Numbered from the stretch's first letter, positions 42,609 to 56,367 are shown. The stretch: 64,000 nucleotides of DNA from Bugula neritina (GCA_964035545.1 OZ037768.1:11378741-11442740), one strand, 5' to 3'. Notes: generated by a model not told the origin, from the letters alone. A program made the numbers and translations.

Positions 42609-45491
42609 CTATTTTTTCTCAAATGTGAATAACTGGTGCTGTATAATTAATAGCAAGCTCAAAAGTATCAACTTCTTGCTCGATTGCTGCCTTGGTCCAT
42701 TGTTTATGTTGCAGAGATTTAAATTGCAGCAAGTCCAGCACTTGTTAGGTCTGGGCACATTACACCTAAGTGATTGCAGATTCTTACAGTGCTCTTCTGA
42801 CTTGCATCCCTAGGCAAGAAAACCACAGATATATAGTCGTGCATATTCCACCTGGTCATAGCCCTTTGTTGCTTCCACTAAAGTTGCAAAAAGCAGGTTG
42901 ATTTGTACACACTGGTTGTTGAAAGCTATTTGATGGGCAAAGCTTGCCTATGAAAGTATTTGATCTAAATGGGGCTAGAAAGCTAATGAAATTTTAATCA
43001 TTAAATAGTATGAAACAACTAAAATAAAGTAATGGCAAATAATATAAAGAGCACAGCTATGTATATACTGTTCTATACTGCTAGCTATAGTGATTATTTA
43101 AACCTAAATCTTATAAAATTTACTAGTTAAGCAGTCGAAAGTATATTATAATGAGCATTGTTATATGAGATACAACAGTTGTACAAGTGAGGGTGAAAAT
43201 ATCCAAACTTGCAAGTGGTTTTGTAGGTTGAAAATAATTTTTATGAACACTGTCCTATTAGGTTAGACTTGTACAGTTATAGATGTTGGCCGTTGGGAAA
43301 TATTATTAGAAGTATTCTGAAAGATTAGCATGCTACCTTTGTGTAGGTGTTGTCTCCAAAATCCAGCCTCTGCACTTCTGTATAACAGACATCTAGTGAA
43401 GAATTACATATCACTGCCTCTTGGCTGTTGCACTGTACATTGCTGTTTTCTAAGGTGCAGCTGTGACAACTCAACCCTGGCAGTGAAACATTATATTATT
43501 CAGAATAATAGATGGCCTTTTTGCTGTTTTTTTGTAAATTTTAAGTTTATGGCTGATCAACAATAATCGTATTCAAATCACTGCTGCACAGTCTCTTTTG
43601 ATAAACCCTCTATCTAAATTTTTTTGAAAATCTTAAGTATCACATTTTATCTAATTTTCAAAACTTGATCCACTAACAAACTATATCGAACCTTATTATA
43701 GATCATTAAGTTTTTATTTTTGGCTTTTATCTAAATCTAAAGCACCACCACTGAGCCAAAGTCCATTGGTTGTTGACTGTTCAGTTTAAATTATAACCAT
43801 TCTTCGCTTGCGAGTGTGAAAAGTTGAACTGTTCCTGAACTTGGAATGACAGCTCACAATGTTTATATAGCAAACCCGCTCAAGGAATGCATTAATATAT
43901 TAAATATACTTTGTGGCGGCATCAGTAATGCATTATCTGTATTATTTATCCTTAGTGTTTAACTACTGTTAGTAATTATTAGTCTTTATTGTTTTATTTG
44001 ACTAAAGGCTGATGATTTAACCTACTGAGTAATAAAGCAATTAGCTTCTCGGTGACCTTATTGTTGTTTCTTATAATTTTTCAATTATAATGTTTGTAAG
44101 AGTAATATATTACTTTTAGTAATTTATTCACTCATCTTTCCTTTAAATGCAATAAATATGCATACTTGTGTGAAAAAACTATACAGCTCATTTTAAATAA
44201 CATAATATTCACAACTAATTATTAAATACCAGACTTAATTACTAAATAGTAGTTTTTATAAACTTCGATGAAACCCTTGCATTATTCAAAGCTATTATAT
44301 AAAAGGTTTTTACAGTCATGGGGATATATATATACTAGTCTCATTTTATCAATGTTTTTTCATTGTTATAACATGAGTGTAGGAAACTATGTTTGTTCCA
44401 AATAGTAAGGTTTTAGCATCTCATAACTATTTGAAGGGAGTTCAATATTTGGAAACAGTCCAGGCGATGAATCTATTACAGTTGATCTGCTATCTAATTT
44501 AGAATGCCATGTAATCAACAAAGTGATTGAAGCTAATTTGAGTTGTAAATTACATTTAGACTTTTACCATAAACTTATCTAATGTATGTAAGTCTCAAGA
44601 GACAAATTGAGATAGTCAAAGGATCAAAGACTTGAAAGATCCTGTTTTTTGCTTATGGGCAAGTCATCCTCATCAGCATAGCCAAGAGTCTAGTCTGTAC
44701 TCTGACTAATGGAGTGGTTTTCATGTAATCAGAATCTTAGTACCTTTAACAGCACAAGTGCATCACCAAAGAAATTTCAATATTAGAAGTTTTTTATATA
44801 ATTGTCTATAATATGAATTTTAGTTTGGAATATAGGCTGAAAATCTATCAGAAATTTAAGCATGTTTTGCTGAGGTTTCTCGTCTAGAACACAGACGTTT
44901 CCAAGTTTGACTATTCCTATGCCTATCTTTAATTTAGTAGTTCAATATCACCCTGGCTAGAGCTACCTGCTACTGATTATAGTGGTGATCTAACAACTAT
45001 ACAATGCACCTGCATGTGGCATTAATGCTAGTAAACTACATTTTCCTAGTATTATCAAAGTTTATTTGGTAGACCTCATTATTCAAAAGTAGCTAGTAAA
45101 TTATCTAAAAAAAATGATTTGGGAGATATAAGGTTTTTAGAAGTTTAAGAAAGGTGAAGGTTCTGTTCCACCTTATGGCCAATCTCTTCCACTGAAGCTC
45201 TAAAGCTCTCTAATTAAGCTTACAACTTGGAATTTATATCACATGAAATGACCTCTAACTGAACATTTGCAGTAGCCTACATAAATTTCCCTTTATATAG
45301 CTTATAGGTTAGAATTAGCTGATGTTTTAACATCAGAAGTCCTTACTGCTTTGTACCTTATAATTAATAAAATTTAAAGACTCGGCTAAAAACTGGTTGA
45401 CTAGAAGAAGTAGTTTAGTGAAGCACTCACCTTGAGCTATGGAAAGCCACACGCTACAGAAATAGAGAAGACACATTTGTTTGAGCAGCAT
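42609..45491 (-). CDS. Ly6/uPAR (three-finger) domain protein with signal peptide and probable GPI-anchor signal (133 aa), 3 exons
   Basis: Exon 45491-45431 MLLKQMCLLYFCSVWLSIAQ(G), donor AAG|GTGAGT, phase 1. Exon 43476-43337 LSCHSCTLENSNVQCNSQEAVICNSSLDVCYTEVQRLDFGDNTYTK, phase 0. Exon 42809-42609 GCKSEEHCKNLQSLRCNVPRPNKCWTCCNLNLCNINNGPRQQSSKKLILLSLLLIIQHQLFTFEKK*. LxCxxC start, CCxxxxCN end, hydrophobic tail, and the typical 3-exon Ly6 layout. Confidence 0.92.
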
Positions 45492-46488
45492 TACATTAAC
45501 TATAGTATATAATTACTAAAATTTGCTGGCATTGAAATCTTAGCAATGCTATGTGTACGAAACAGCCAAGAGCATAATATAATAGTAAAGCAGGGAAATA
45601 TACTAATAGGTTAGATTAAAGTGGCAGTTCAATTCATAAATTTATGTAGAGGACGGATATTGCGCTACTGAAATGAATACCAATTTCAAAGCAATGTAAA
45701 TTTGGTTCTTAAAATGTTATTTGCTATCAATTATCCTTTGTCCCATAATATCCTAGCTAAGCTGTTAGAAAATGTAGCATTGTCATTATCACGTAAGGTA
45801 TTATATAATGATACACTAACATAATCTACAGCTATCATTAGGTGTATACATGTTCATATGCATTTGATTCGATTTCTAAAACTATTATTTTAGTTGGAAG
45901 CTGATGCAATAGTTTAAAGTTTAAACAAGCAACTGAGACAAAATGAAATAATTATATTTTTAGTAAACTACTAATGGGTAATCTCTAATATATTTTTGAT
46001 ATTAGCTGCTGTCAAATATGTTTCGTAATCCAAGTAGTGTAGACTTGTAGATAAGCCAAACAAAAGTAATCAATGACTAATAATAAGATTGCTATTTATA
46101 TAATAGCAAAACATAAATGGCTTTAACTTATATTCAAATCTGTCTGCAGCCTCCATTCCAAAAATATCTTTACTGTGATTTTCATACAGTTTATCCATGC
46201 AGTTTTTTTTCAAATTGCTCTTCGAAATTTTCATACAAATAGTATAATTCAGTATAGTAGACGGTTCATATAGATAGTCTCATATAGATATATTAATTTC
46301 GAACAACAAGACTTGGTTTATATCATACAGTAACTTAAAAATGAAAAAAGTTAATGTTAACACCCAACTATTCATATTTTGATTCTTTCCGTCAAATATC
46401 TATATAGCAATCTTCTAATGGAATATTGCGTTTCAACTCATTCAGTCATTCACAACTTGCAGTTCTATACTAAAAGAGTAATAGATAG

Positions 46489-46590
46489 CCCCGCCCACTT
46501 CCGTATTCCGTAATAGGTTTTGGGCGCGAAGACTTGCAATTGGCTCTTGATTAATAAAGTACCCAACGCTGCGCTAAATTCATCAGTATC
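46489..46590 (+). promoter_or_regulatory. DUSP core promoter: GC box, paired ETS-type cores, CCAAT box, TATA-like and Inr-like elements
   Basis: CCCCGCCC 46489-96, ACTTCCGT 46497-504, ATTCCG 46505-10, ATTGG ~46539-43, TTAATAAA ~46551, TCAGT ~46583; CpG-rich patch 120-220 bp upstream of the ATG. Confidence 0.6.
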
Positions 46591-46704
46591 CCGGGACTAC
46601 AGCAACTGCTCGCAAGTGTGTGAAACTAGTAGTTGAAATTCGTTTTTTGTAAAGTCAAGTTGTAAGCTAACGGCTTTGCGTTAAAGTTATCAAATTATAT
46701 TTCT

Positions 46705-49700
46705 ATGCGACTGGCAGGCATGCCAACTATTGAATCTCTAAACAAAATGGAAGAAGTATCAGCTGAGTGGTTGGTGAAAGAGCTACAAGTTGACACCGTA
46801 TTAGTTTTGGATTGCAGATCTCAACAAGACTTTCACTCGGGCCACATTCATGGTTCAATGAATGTGAATTTACCACCGCTATTACAAAGACGGCTAAAAA
46901 ATGGCAATCTCTCTGTTTCCGCAGCAGTTCAAGGAAATCATATGAAAGAAAAGTTCAGTTCAGAATGCGCATATAAAAGTATCGTCATGTGTGAATACTC
47001 TAGATATGATATTAATGCTAATAACAGCAACCTATTAACTCTTCTTTACAACAAACTAGTCAAAGATCAGCATACGGTAAAGATCCTATCAGGTAACGCT
47101 TCCTATTCCTTATTTAACCCATGTTTATGTTTTACTATAACTATAAGTAGCCTATAATAATTAATAATTGTTGAAAATGTTGTGTAGTATAAGTATAACT
47201 ATAAGTTTGGAGTATTAGATTTGTCGTTGTCATTTTGCGTACACATGCACTCACAGTTGATGTAAACTCAAAGTCACCGTCCTAATCTTAAGGATAGTCA
47301 TAGTAATAGTCAGTGTCGTAGTGTCAGTGTTACACTTACTAATACTAATAGTAATAACTAATAGTAATAACAACTACCCATACTCATACTGATGCTGATA
47401 CTTTCTGAAGCTTAGGCTTATGCTTATGGTAAAAGAATTGTTATACTTATTTTTAGAGTTGCTGTTAGTACCAACACTAACAGCCACTACTGCTATTTTC
47501 AATTGATTCTTTTTACGAAATGAGACAAGTTGTTTAGGAAGTAACTAATCCTAACGCGCATTCGTATTGTAGTTTAATAAATATGGTTAACTTTAAGTAT
47601 TGCCATTATGAGTTATTGCATTTACCACATAAAGTGCGGAAGATATAGATGTCATAAATCTACTTGGTAGTAAATGGTTGGTGTATCATCTATATAAACT
47701 TGAAGACAGTAATCTCAAATATTTTTTTTATTTCATTTACCTTATGGGGTTCATATATATTATATATCACCATTTCAGGCCTTCAATAATATGGTCAAAA
47801 AATTATGACTTAAATTTTGCCCATTCACCATTTTAACCGACAAAAAGGGATAATTTTAATTTAGACTAATCAGTTTTTCAAGAAACACCTATGTTCGTAT
47901 TATTTGGAGCCTAAAAATGGAGCCCAATGTTATAAAGTTTTCTAAAAACACTAGACCTAGTAATACTTTCAGATATTTTACCTACGGATAGTCCGGAGTA
48001 ATAAAATGCTATGTCAATGCATCTCATGGCATTATAAAAATATTATGATAATATATTATAATGAGTGTAACAGCTGTCAATGTCAAATCTTGAAGCTGAT
48101 AAATTAATTTCTGTGGTGCATTTTTACCAACTATTCAAAACATTTACAGTAAACTAGCATAGCATAGTACCTTAGTTTCATCTACTGATCTAGTCTAGCT
48201 ATAATCATGTTTATAATTAGCCTTAATTTTCAGCATAAATAATTACTAAAGCTTTGCCCATCCTACACTCAATCCTTTGACTAGAAGCATTCTGAAAGTG
48301 GTAATTTGTTAGGTTAATTGGGAATTGTTGGTAAAATCTCCAATTGACCTTTTAGAATAGCTGCTGCGGCTGCTAAGTCATCGTGGGAACTAAATCTAAT
48401 GGTATTGCCTGTTGCCTCTTGTTAATCTGACTCTGTTGCCCTCTCTTCTAGGTGGCTATAAGGAGTTCTGTTGCCTCTTCCCAGAATACATTTCATCATC
48501 CGACACAACAGCAGATACCAATCAACTCACAGCTGGTTTATCCACTCTCAACCTCGTAGAACCACCTACCCCAAAACTAGATGATGTAACCCCTTCTCCG
48601 GCATTCCCTATAGAAGTTGTCAAGAATCTATACCTTGGTAATGCAAAATGCTCAATGGACTGCGAGATACTGCTTAAAAACAATATTCGTTACATTCTGA
48701 ACGTCACTCCCAATCTACCGAATCACTTTGAAGGAAGTTGTGATGTACCAATTACCTACAAACAGATTCCTATCAATGACCATTGGTCTCAGAACCTGTC
48801 TGCCTACTTCCCGGAAGCTATTCAGTTTATTGGTGAGTACCTTCAGTCATAGCTTGTCAATGAACATTCAATATTGAACACCCACTCTCTAATAACCAAA
48901 GAGTTCCATTCACACAATTTCCTGGCAGGATGTGGGGCTATTCTACTCAGATATTTCAGTTATTTTGGCTACCGGAACTAACTAAATTTTTGAAGTTGCC
49001 ACAAGACTAACTGTCTCGAAGATTCTATCATTTTCCTACGTGTCAGTCACGCTTGATCAGTTTGAATAGAATGGCCAACATGCTGGCACTAAGCCAATGT
49101 GGCTACTAAACTTCGCGTAGTCCATTGAATAAAATAGAAGAGGTTTGCCAGTTGAAAGGTATCCTATTACACTAGAGATGTCACTAGCTTGCTCCAGGCA
49201 GCAGTCTACCTAGTAAAGTAATGCAAAAGGTTCCTTCATTAAATCCAATATGAAAGTTTTAGCTTGTGGACAACACGAACATAAGGTATACCATTAGGTA
49301 TACATAGGCAAATAAATGATTAGTCCATTGTCAGTCATCACCCTATACAGCTCTAGTATTTAACTAAGCAGGTTTCTGTCATCAAAAACTAATTACTTAG
49401 CATAGGAATTGCTTGTTATATATAATGGTATTTCAAGATGCTTTTCATCTCATTGTTTTACCATCAAATGATTGCCTTAGTAAACCCGCAATGTGGTAGT
49501 TGAAGCATGAGAAATTAGGCTTTGGCCTTCAGTAGTAGTAAATGCTTGTAGAGTCGCCATGATTCAGTGACTGGTGCTTTCAAGTTGATTTTATTAACAC
49601 TGAAGTGATGATTTATTGCAGATAGCGGGAGGTCCAAAGGATATGGCGTGCTCGTTCACTGCCTGGCTGGTATTAGTAGGTCTGTGACTATTACAGTCGC

Positions 49701-49980
49701 TTATTTGATGAGTAAAGAGAGAATGTGCCTTAACGATGCATACGATTTTGTGAAGAAAGCAAAACCAAATATCTCACCAAACTTCAACTTTATGGGACAA
49801 TTGTTAGACTTTGAGCAAACTTTGAACTTGAATGAAAGAGATAGTGTCACGCCCTCACCGTGCATGTGTAAAGCTCTGGATCAATGCAACTGTGCTAATA
49901 AAAGAGGAAATCAAATGTTTTTTATGACTCCAACTAAATCAGCACCAACGTACGAGCTGGAACCCTTGAATGTTAGGTAG
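46705..49980 (+). CDS. DUSP6/DUSP7: Dual-specificity MAP kinase phosphatase, DUSP6/7/9 (MKP3) group (375 aa), 3 exons
   Basis: Exons 46705-47092 (rhodanese/KIM: [13 protein letters not shown]), 48452-48832 ([27 protein letters not shown]) and 49622-49980 ([25 protein letters not shown]); both introns phase 1, GT-AG. The start could be the second Met at 46720. Confidence 0.96.
47130..47500. repeat. Drifting 6-bp-periodic tract (DUSP intron 1)
   Basis: agtata agtata actata; atagtc atagta atagtc; actaat actaat agtaat; taccca tactca tactga tgctga; ttaggc ttatgc ttatgg. Confidence 0.75.
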
Positions 49981-52302
49981 TATATATCATTCTTGCAAAC
50001 TGTGTAAGCTTTTATAGTATAATGTGGCTTTTGTGGTTATAGTGTATTGCCTAGTTGCCAGTTAGTTACAGCCACTATATATCCATAAGCTGTGGTACTA
50101 TCACGGTTTTTATAAATAATTTAATCTTTGAAAATTCTGGCTATGGGATATTTTGTATTTATCCGTGAGCCATTTTAGTACATTAATAGTTGTCATCACA
50201 TTGTTTTACTCTTTAATATCCTATTTACTGAATTATTTTAGACTAAGATGCAAAACACTCATAAATCCATCCAATTTTTATGCTATTTTCTTTCTTAATA
50301 CAATTTGTCATATTTCATTAATACTTGTTCCAGAATCATAATGGTGAATATTATGATGGAAATTTGCCGTTTTATTTTTCTATGAAAATAAAATATTTCA
50401 TACATAATTTTTAAATAATGGTTTTCTTGCTTATAAACTTATACTTTCAATTACTCAAACCCCAACTCTGTCAAAGGTTGCCAGTTTCACTACTAATGCC
50501 CACAAATGTAACCTTACTTGCAATATCCACAAATTTCACCAAAGTTTGTTCAACTGAACAAGATTGGTTTCTTGGCAAATGTCCAGAGGCCTAGCAGCTG
50601 CTGATGATAAATTATGTCAGGATCTAAGAGGCTGCAACAGCAGGTTACCACCAAGTCAAGTTATGTTACAAGGCAGCTCTTCATACTGTCCCCTCTAGGC
50701 TTCATCTAACCTCCAAATACAGTCTAAAATCTAAATAAACTTCAGAATGTCTACGCTTTGCCAGGATATAAAAGAACCATTATAATAATATTATGATTGA
50801 CCTTTCATACCTCTATAGCTTGTTATTGGCAGTGTTTATCTCTTGCCAAGTGATCAGCTAATCTAGAAACATGGCAGATAATACTGATGATTTAACGACC
50901 ATTGGTTTCTAAAATTAGATCTATTATAGATTATGGTGTCAGTGACAAGATTTGAACTGTGTACAAATTATGGTCATGTGTTACTAGTAATCTACTTATA
51001 GTACTAGTCATTAGTGCCAACTGTCAACTTTACAATCACCTGCTGTGCTCCCAACCCTTGCAAAGGCTTAATTCAATTTCACATGACACCTGATGAATTG
51101 TAGGTTTTTTGGCCACTCCAGTATTATTAGATGCAATGGGCACCAAGAGCTGTTAAGTAGTTGTGCGAGCTTCAACTAGCACACATTAGGCACGAATTTG
51201 TTTACTAAGATTCAATTTTCATCGATCTGGTTACAAAAATACATTGTGACACATTAAAATACAATGCAGTGATCACGACGAAACAAAAGTACGTTATATA
51301 CATGCAAAAAACTGAACACATTTTACTGACTAGTTACCTCACTCTGTAGTGATAAAGCCTCAATAAGCTAAAGTTTTTTTTATTCTATAAATAGTAGTGA
51401 TGTATTTCTGTAGCACTATAATTGTACCTGTTGATATATTTAAAAACCAAATTAAATTAACCAAAACCGTACTATTATACATGTTGAAGCAATAAATTGA
51501 AAAACTTCCTTCCATCTTTAAACTGTGAATCCAGGTGACTCTAATCACCAGGTAATGAATCCAACAGTTAAGTAGACTGTAGTTGATGAACATAAATCTG
51601 TAACCATTTAAAATGATTTCCAAAAATAAAGAACTTTCAGCCTCTTCCACTTGGCAGCAGTTCAAAGATTCTTGATGCATGCAATCACAGTCTAGTACGA
51701 AACTTCAAAAGCTCAACCCAGTAGAAAGCTATAGTTCTGAAATTGAAAGAGTGAGTTGAATTCAGGATTCAATTGAAATAGTCTAAAGCAGGTTCTAGTC
51801 TATACCTACAGGGCACAGGCTGTACTAGAATTTGGAATGCTATAAGCTGACTTCTATATTTTTATTTCAATCTGCTACAGTTTTTAGTTTAGGTTGTTTT
51901 GACAGTGATGAAATGTTCATCAGTTCCATAACTAGTAACTCTACTGCTAAAGCAATCAGTTTGACTAATTCCAAAAGGTCTATTGTTTTAATCACCATGT
52001 CTTGTGGTGAAGCATAAAATCATAAAATGCACTTGAATAGCTGTTTCCTTTGCTCATTTTAGTGATTAATAAGTCTCTTTAATATGCCTAATTGCATGTG
52101 CACCCTAATGTCAATTGTATGATTGCATACATGATGTACAAATCTTTGAAATCTAACTAGCTATACGAACTGCACTGAAAAAATTTTAATTCAACTAGTG
52201 TACACTCATAACAGAACACCATGGTTCACTAATACTTCTAAAGCTTGTTTGAAAAGTGTGGTAAATAATAGCTAGTTAAAGTGCTGAAATAATTCTGGTA
52301 AA

Positions 52303-52864
52303 TGTCACAAAACTGTTGGTAGCAGTGTGACGAGTTCGAAAAGTCTGGTAGTCAGAAGTGTATAGACAAGTAGCATACAGCTTGCTAATCCAGTTGTGAG
52401 TAAATAGAGTTGTGAATATAAGTAGACTTTATTCCTTTAGTAAGATATGCACAGATGAATTAATAAAAATGAACTCCAAGAATGAACTTATAAAAAAGGA
52501 ACTCCGAGAATGAACTGAACTGTAAACACAACTGCCTCAGTATTTATAGTAAACAAAAAGCTCTAGAATATTCTCAAGCATTCCAGTACAGAAGATTCTA
52601 GTAGAAAACATTCCCCACATGCCAATACTATTTATAGAAAATCAAAACAAAACAAAACATTGGAATTTCCATGGTTATTTCGCAATTATTGCGCAATACC
52701 TTGTTTACATTGCTGGGCAGTAGTTAACATGACTAACCAAAACAGTAACAATGAACAATGACCCATCTCTTTGATTAGTCTAGAATATTTATGAACATTC
52801 CTGTATAATCATTAGGAAAAACCTGGTAGGTCTATAGATATATGTACACTCAGAATTTGTGACA
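52303..52864 (-). mobile_element. Solo LTR (562 bp) of a second LTR-retrotransposon family
   Basis: TGTCACAAA...TTTGTGACA termini; 5-bp TSD GTAAA at 52298-52302 and 52865-52869. The minus strand has TATAAATA (52548-41) followed by AATAAA (52433-28). Internal AGAATATTC/AACATTCC-type repeats; no similarity to the 9105 LTR. Confidence 0.85.
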
Positions 52865-55800
52865 GTAAATATATATAACTTTTGCCAATGGTAATATCAT
52901 TATTAAAATTGTATTTTGAAAATTTCCAAACTTTAAAGTGAATGAATTATTGCTTAGTATTTCAGAAAATAATAAAGATTGTTTGGGCGAATACAGCTGG
53001 CCTATGGGTTGGACCTAATACATACTTATATGATCACCTGTAGGCTTTCAAGTATTATTAATGTTTTGCTATTTATTTCATTTGGTAGGTGCTTGTGGAT
53101 GGCTACAATGCAGGCCAATTTCGACATAATATGTTTTCACCTGTTGCAAATACTAATTGAAGACGAAAGTAAAAGCTGAGATACCTCTTGTAGTTAGAGC
53201 GGAGGTTTGCTGCTGAGATTTTTATATGTGTAAAAATTTTTTATGAAACTTGTACTCAATTCTACAGATTAAACTATTAATATGCTATATAATGTCTCCA
53301 GATTAAAATTAGCTGGGTTAAAAGCATTGTGTAATGAAGATATTACCTTACTTACTGCAATAGCAGAAATATTTGAAAAGGTTTAAGAAGAAATGCAATT
53401 GACTAAACACTAAAGGCAGATTTGTCAAATTATAGTGTTAAGAAAGTGCCATTATTATTTTAATGAACTCAGTGAGTCGTATACTGTGAGCATACAATAA
53501 TGTTTTATTTATTATATTCAGAATATTAGGTCTAAGCATTCACTGCACAATTGCATTAAGTTTGTTTAATTTAAATAAAATAGACTTCTAGAATATTAAT
53601 TGTACCTCAGAAACCTTTTCATGCCACTATCAAAAGTTGAGATCAAACCTATTGTGATTACGGACAGCTGCCCTTACTCACGAATTGGCAAATAGCCAAA
53701 GTCTGTTACTAAACCATTTTATTCAAGCACCCTTCAGTCATGTTCTAAAAATCAGCGCCAGCTATTTGTAAGAAAGTTGAGATTATGCAATTAACTAGCA
53801 GCATATGTAAAATGTGCATATAGCTTTCAACATTATCAATTGTAGTGCTTTGCTGATGCTGGTTAGCTAACACGCACGAAACTGTCACTGCTATGGAATA
53901 TGCAGGCCACTAAGTTTTATTGTTTAAGATAGCTCAAAATAACTTTTTGTAACTTTATGCCTCCATTCTAATCATATATATTTGTCCTTTAGCGTGGAAG
54001 AATGCTTTGAATTGTTGCAGAAGCATATTTTCCTTGCAAAACAAGCTCACTATGTTTACTACTTAATGTGATATCAACTATTATTCTGTTGACCACATTA
54101 TCTTCCAGCTATTATTATAGTTGGCCACCATATCTTTGTTTACTGTTGTCTGCTACTGTTGTTTGTTTACTGTTAATAAGAATGTCATGTATGCCAACAT
54201 CCTAATAACATATTATCCATTTAGTTCATCCACTAAAAACTTTTCACAAGCAAAGGCATAGTATTTTCTTTATGTAAATCTGCTTTCTTCTGCTACTTTT
54301 TTATTTTTTTTTTATAATGATGTGTATTCAAGCAAGCTGATTTTTTAGAATACTAATTAAAGAACTGATAAAACTTTACAACTTTCGTCTAAGGCGCCAG
54401 TTAGTGAATTCAGTTTGCTCATTATTTGTTATAAAGATATGGTTTGAGTTACAGGTATTATTTGTTGTGTTATAAACCCATAACTGTTGTGCAGTCATTA
54501 GCTCATATTGAGGCTAGTTTTGTTTAAATGCGTCATAAATCAAGTGTAATACATTTAGCAGCGTAGTTTTCATTCATGCTATATTACTTTGTAGGCTCTG
54601 TACAAAAGCTAATCATAATAATAAAAATAAGAGTTAGTTGCTGCTAAATGAATTTCTTTTACATAGGTACTGATACATAACTTTTTATTCAAAGGATGCA
54701 ATTTATTGTAGTTATAATGGCCTATTACAATTTACGCTCATAGGTTATATTGCTTGATGACGAGTGTTGCCTAAATATAGGATAGGTGCTGAAATCTATT
54801 GCCATACCCCCACCCAAACTCAACCCCCCCCTCCTCTATTAACTGAAGTTAATAGACAAGTTGTGAGCATATAAATGAGGTTATTGCCAGTAACCCAAAG
54901 ATTCTTTAAAAGGGTTCCAAAAGTATAATCGTTATGATTGGTATCACAGTATCAGTAATCATGCATATAGGAATTATCAAAGAGAGTCCTAGCACCCTCT
55001 GGTTACAGAACTAGAAGCATAACATGAGCTTAACATAAATGTTACTATTTCATTGGAATATTTAAAAATAATTGTTCAAAAATAAAATATCAAAGTGAAA
55101 ATAATTATGTTCAATCTCCATATTTGAGGTTTTTTGTTTCCTAGGCTTGTCAGCAGTGGGATTATATTGAAATAAGAATATAGTGATGGGATAAAAGTAA
55201 AAATAGTTTGAGTTTTGATTTAGATGGCGCTGGAATACAATGGGCTTTCCATTCCTCTCCTCCTTTCTGTGTTTAGAAGAATACAATAATTATAAATTTT
55301 ATTATAGCAACTAGTTGAGGGCAGTAACTGATAAACTCTACATTATCCCAGTTATTCCAGACAAAATATCATTTATATTAAAAGGTTGTTGACCATCATA
55401 AAGCCACAATCAGTTAAAATGAATGGTTTAGACACCAGATTGGAACTGCATGTTATTGTTGACACTTTATGCTAGGACCACATGACTAGCATATGCGCGA
55501 CATAGATTTAAAGGATTTCATGTAGTTGGGTCTACATAATATGAAGCACAATGATGGTGTTATTTGTAAATTATCAAATAATGGATGAATTTGGATAGCA
55601 GCAGTTATCAAGAAATTTCAGTATCTTTGAAATATTCTATATTTTAAACAACAATAAATCTTTTTCGTCCAAATTCAAACTTAATTGCACACAGCAAAGC
55701 AGCATCTTCTAATACTGTCAGTTACTTGTTTGCATAGGCTTTGTAATCTCGATACATGGCTAAAAATAACTTGTGCAAATTAACAAATCTCAAGTCTTTG

Positions 55801-56337
55801 ATAGTCTATTTCAGTTGAAATGCAGTCTTCTGACTAAACCTAATATTTCATTACTTTCTGTCTACAAAGATTTATTTATTTGGAGCCAAGTATCAAGTGT
55901 CATTTTGTGTCTTGACTATTGAAACATGAAGTCCTGCTCAGCAAAGGATTTGTGTGATGTTAATCAGAATCTCCAAGCAACGATTCCTTTTGATTGATGG
56001 AAGCCGGCCACTTATCTGAAAAGCACTCGTCTTTTTATGCAAACTGTTCGCCAGAGCATCAACCTAAATAATTGTATTTTCATGATATTTTCTCTTTGGA
56101 TTTTAGTATAATAATGACACCACTAGTAATGATGAATACAGCCACATGATGTATATAGCAGTGTTTCTAGTAGCACTTGTTGTGCTGAAAACATGATGAC
56201 TGAGATATCCGATGTAGACTATAGTTGATCCGTTATTAGGAAACCTTCCGTAGTATAGTAGGAATGCTTCATCTTATTGAATGTAATATATATATATCAG
56301 TTCATTGTAAGGATTCCATCTGCTGATATTAATTAAT

Positions 56338-56367
56338 TAGCAACGGATGTTAAAGCATCCGTTGCTA
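56338..56367. repeat. Perfect 12-bp inverted repeat with 6-nt spacer
   Basis: TAGCAACGGATG ttaaag CATCCGTTGCTA. Confidence 0.9.

Noticed and set aside
42850-42946. Additional exon-like segment in Ly6 intron 2
   Set aside because: Including it would insert ~32 residues between TK and GC of the LU domain and needs a 42-nt intron with a weak donor; the 3-exon model is complete without it.
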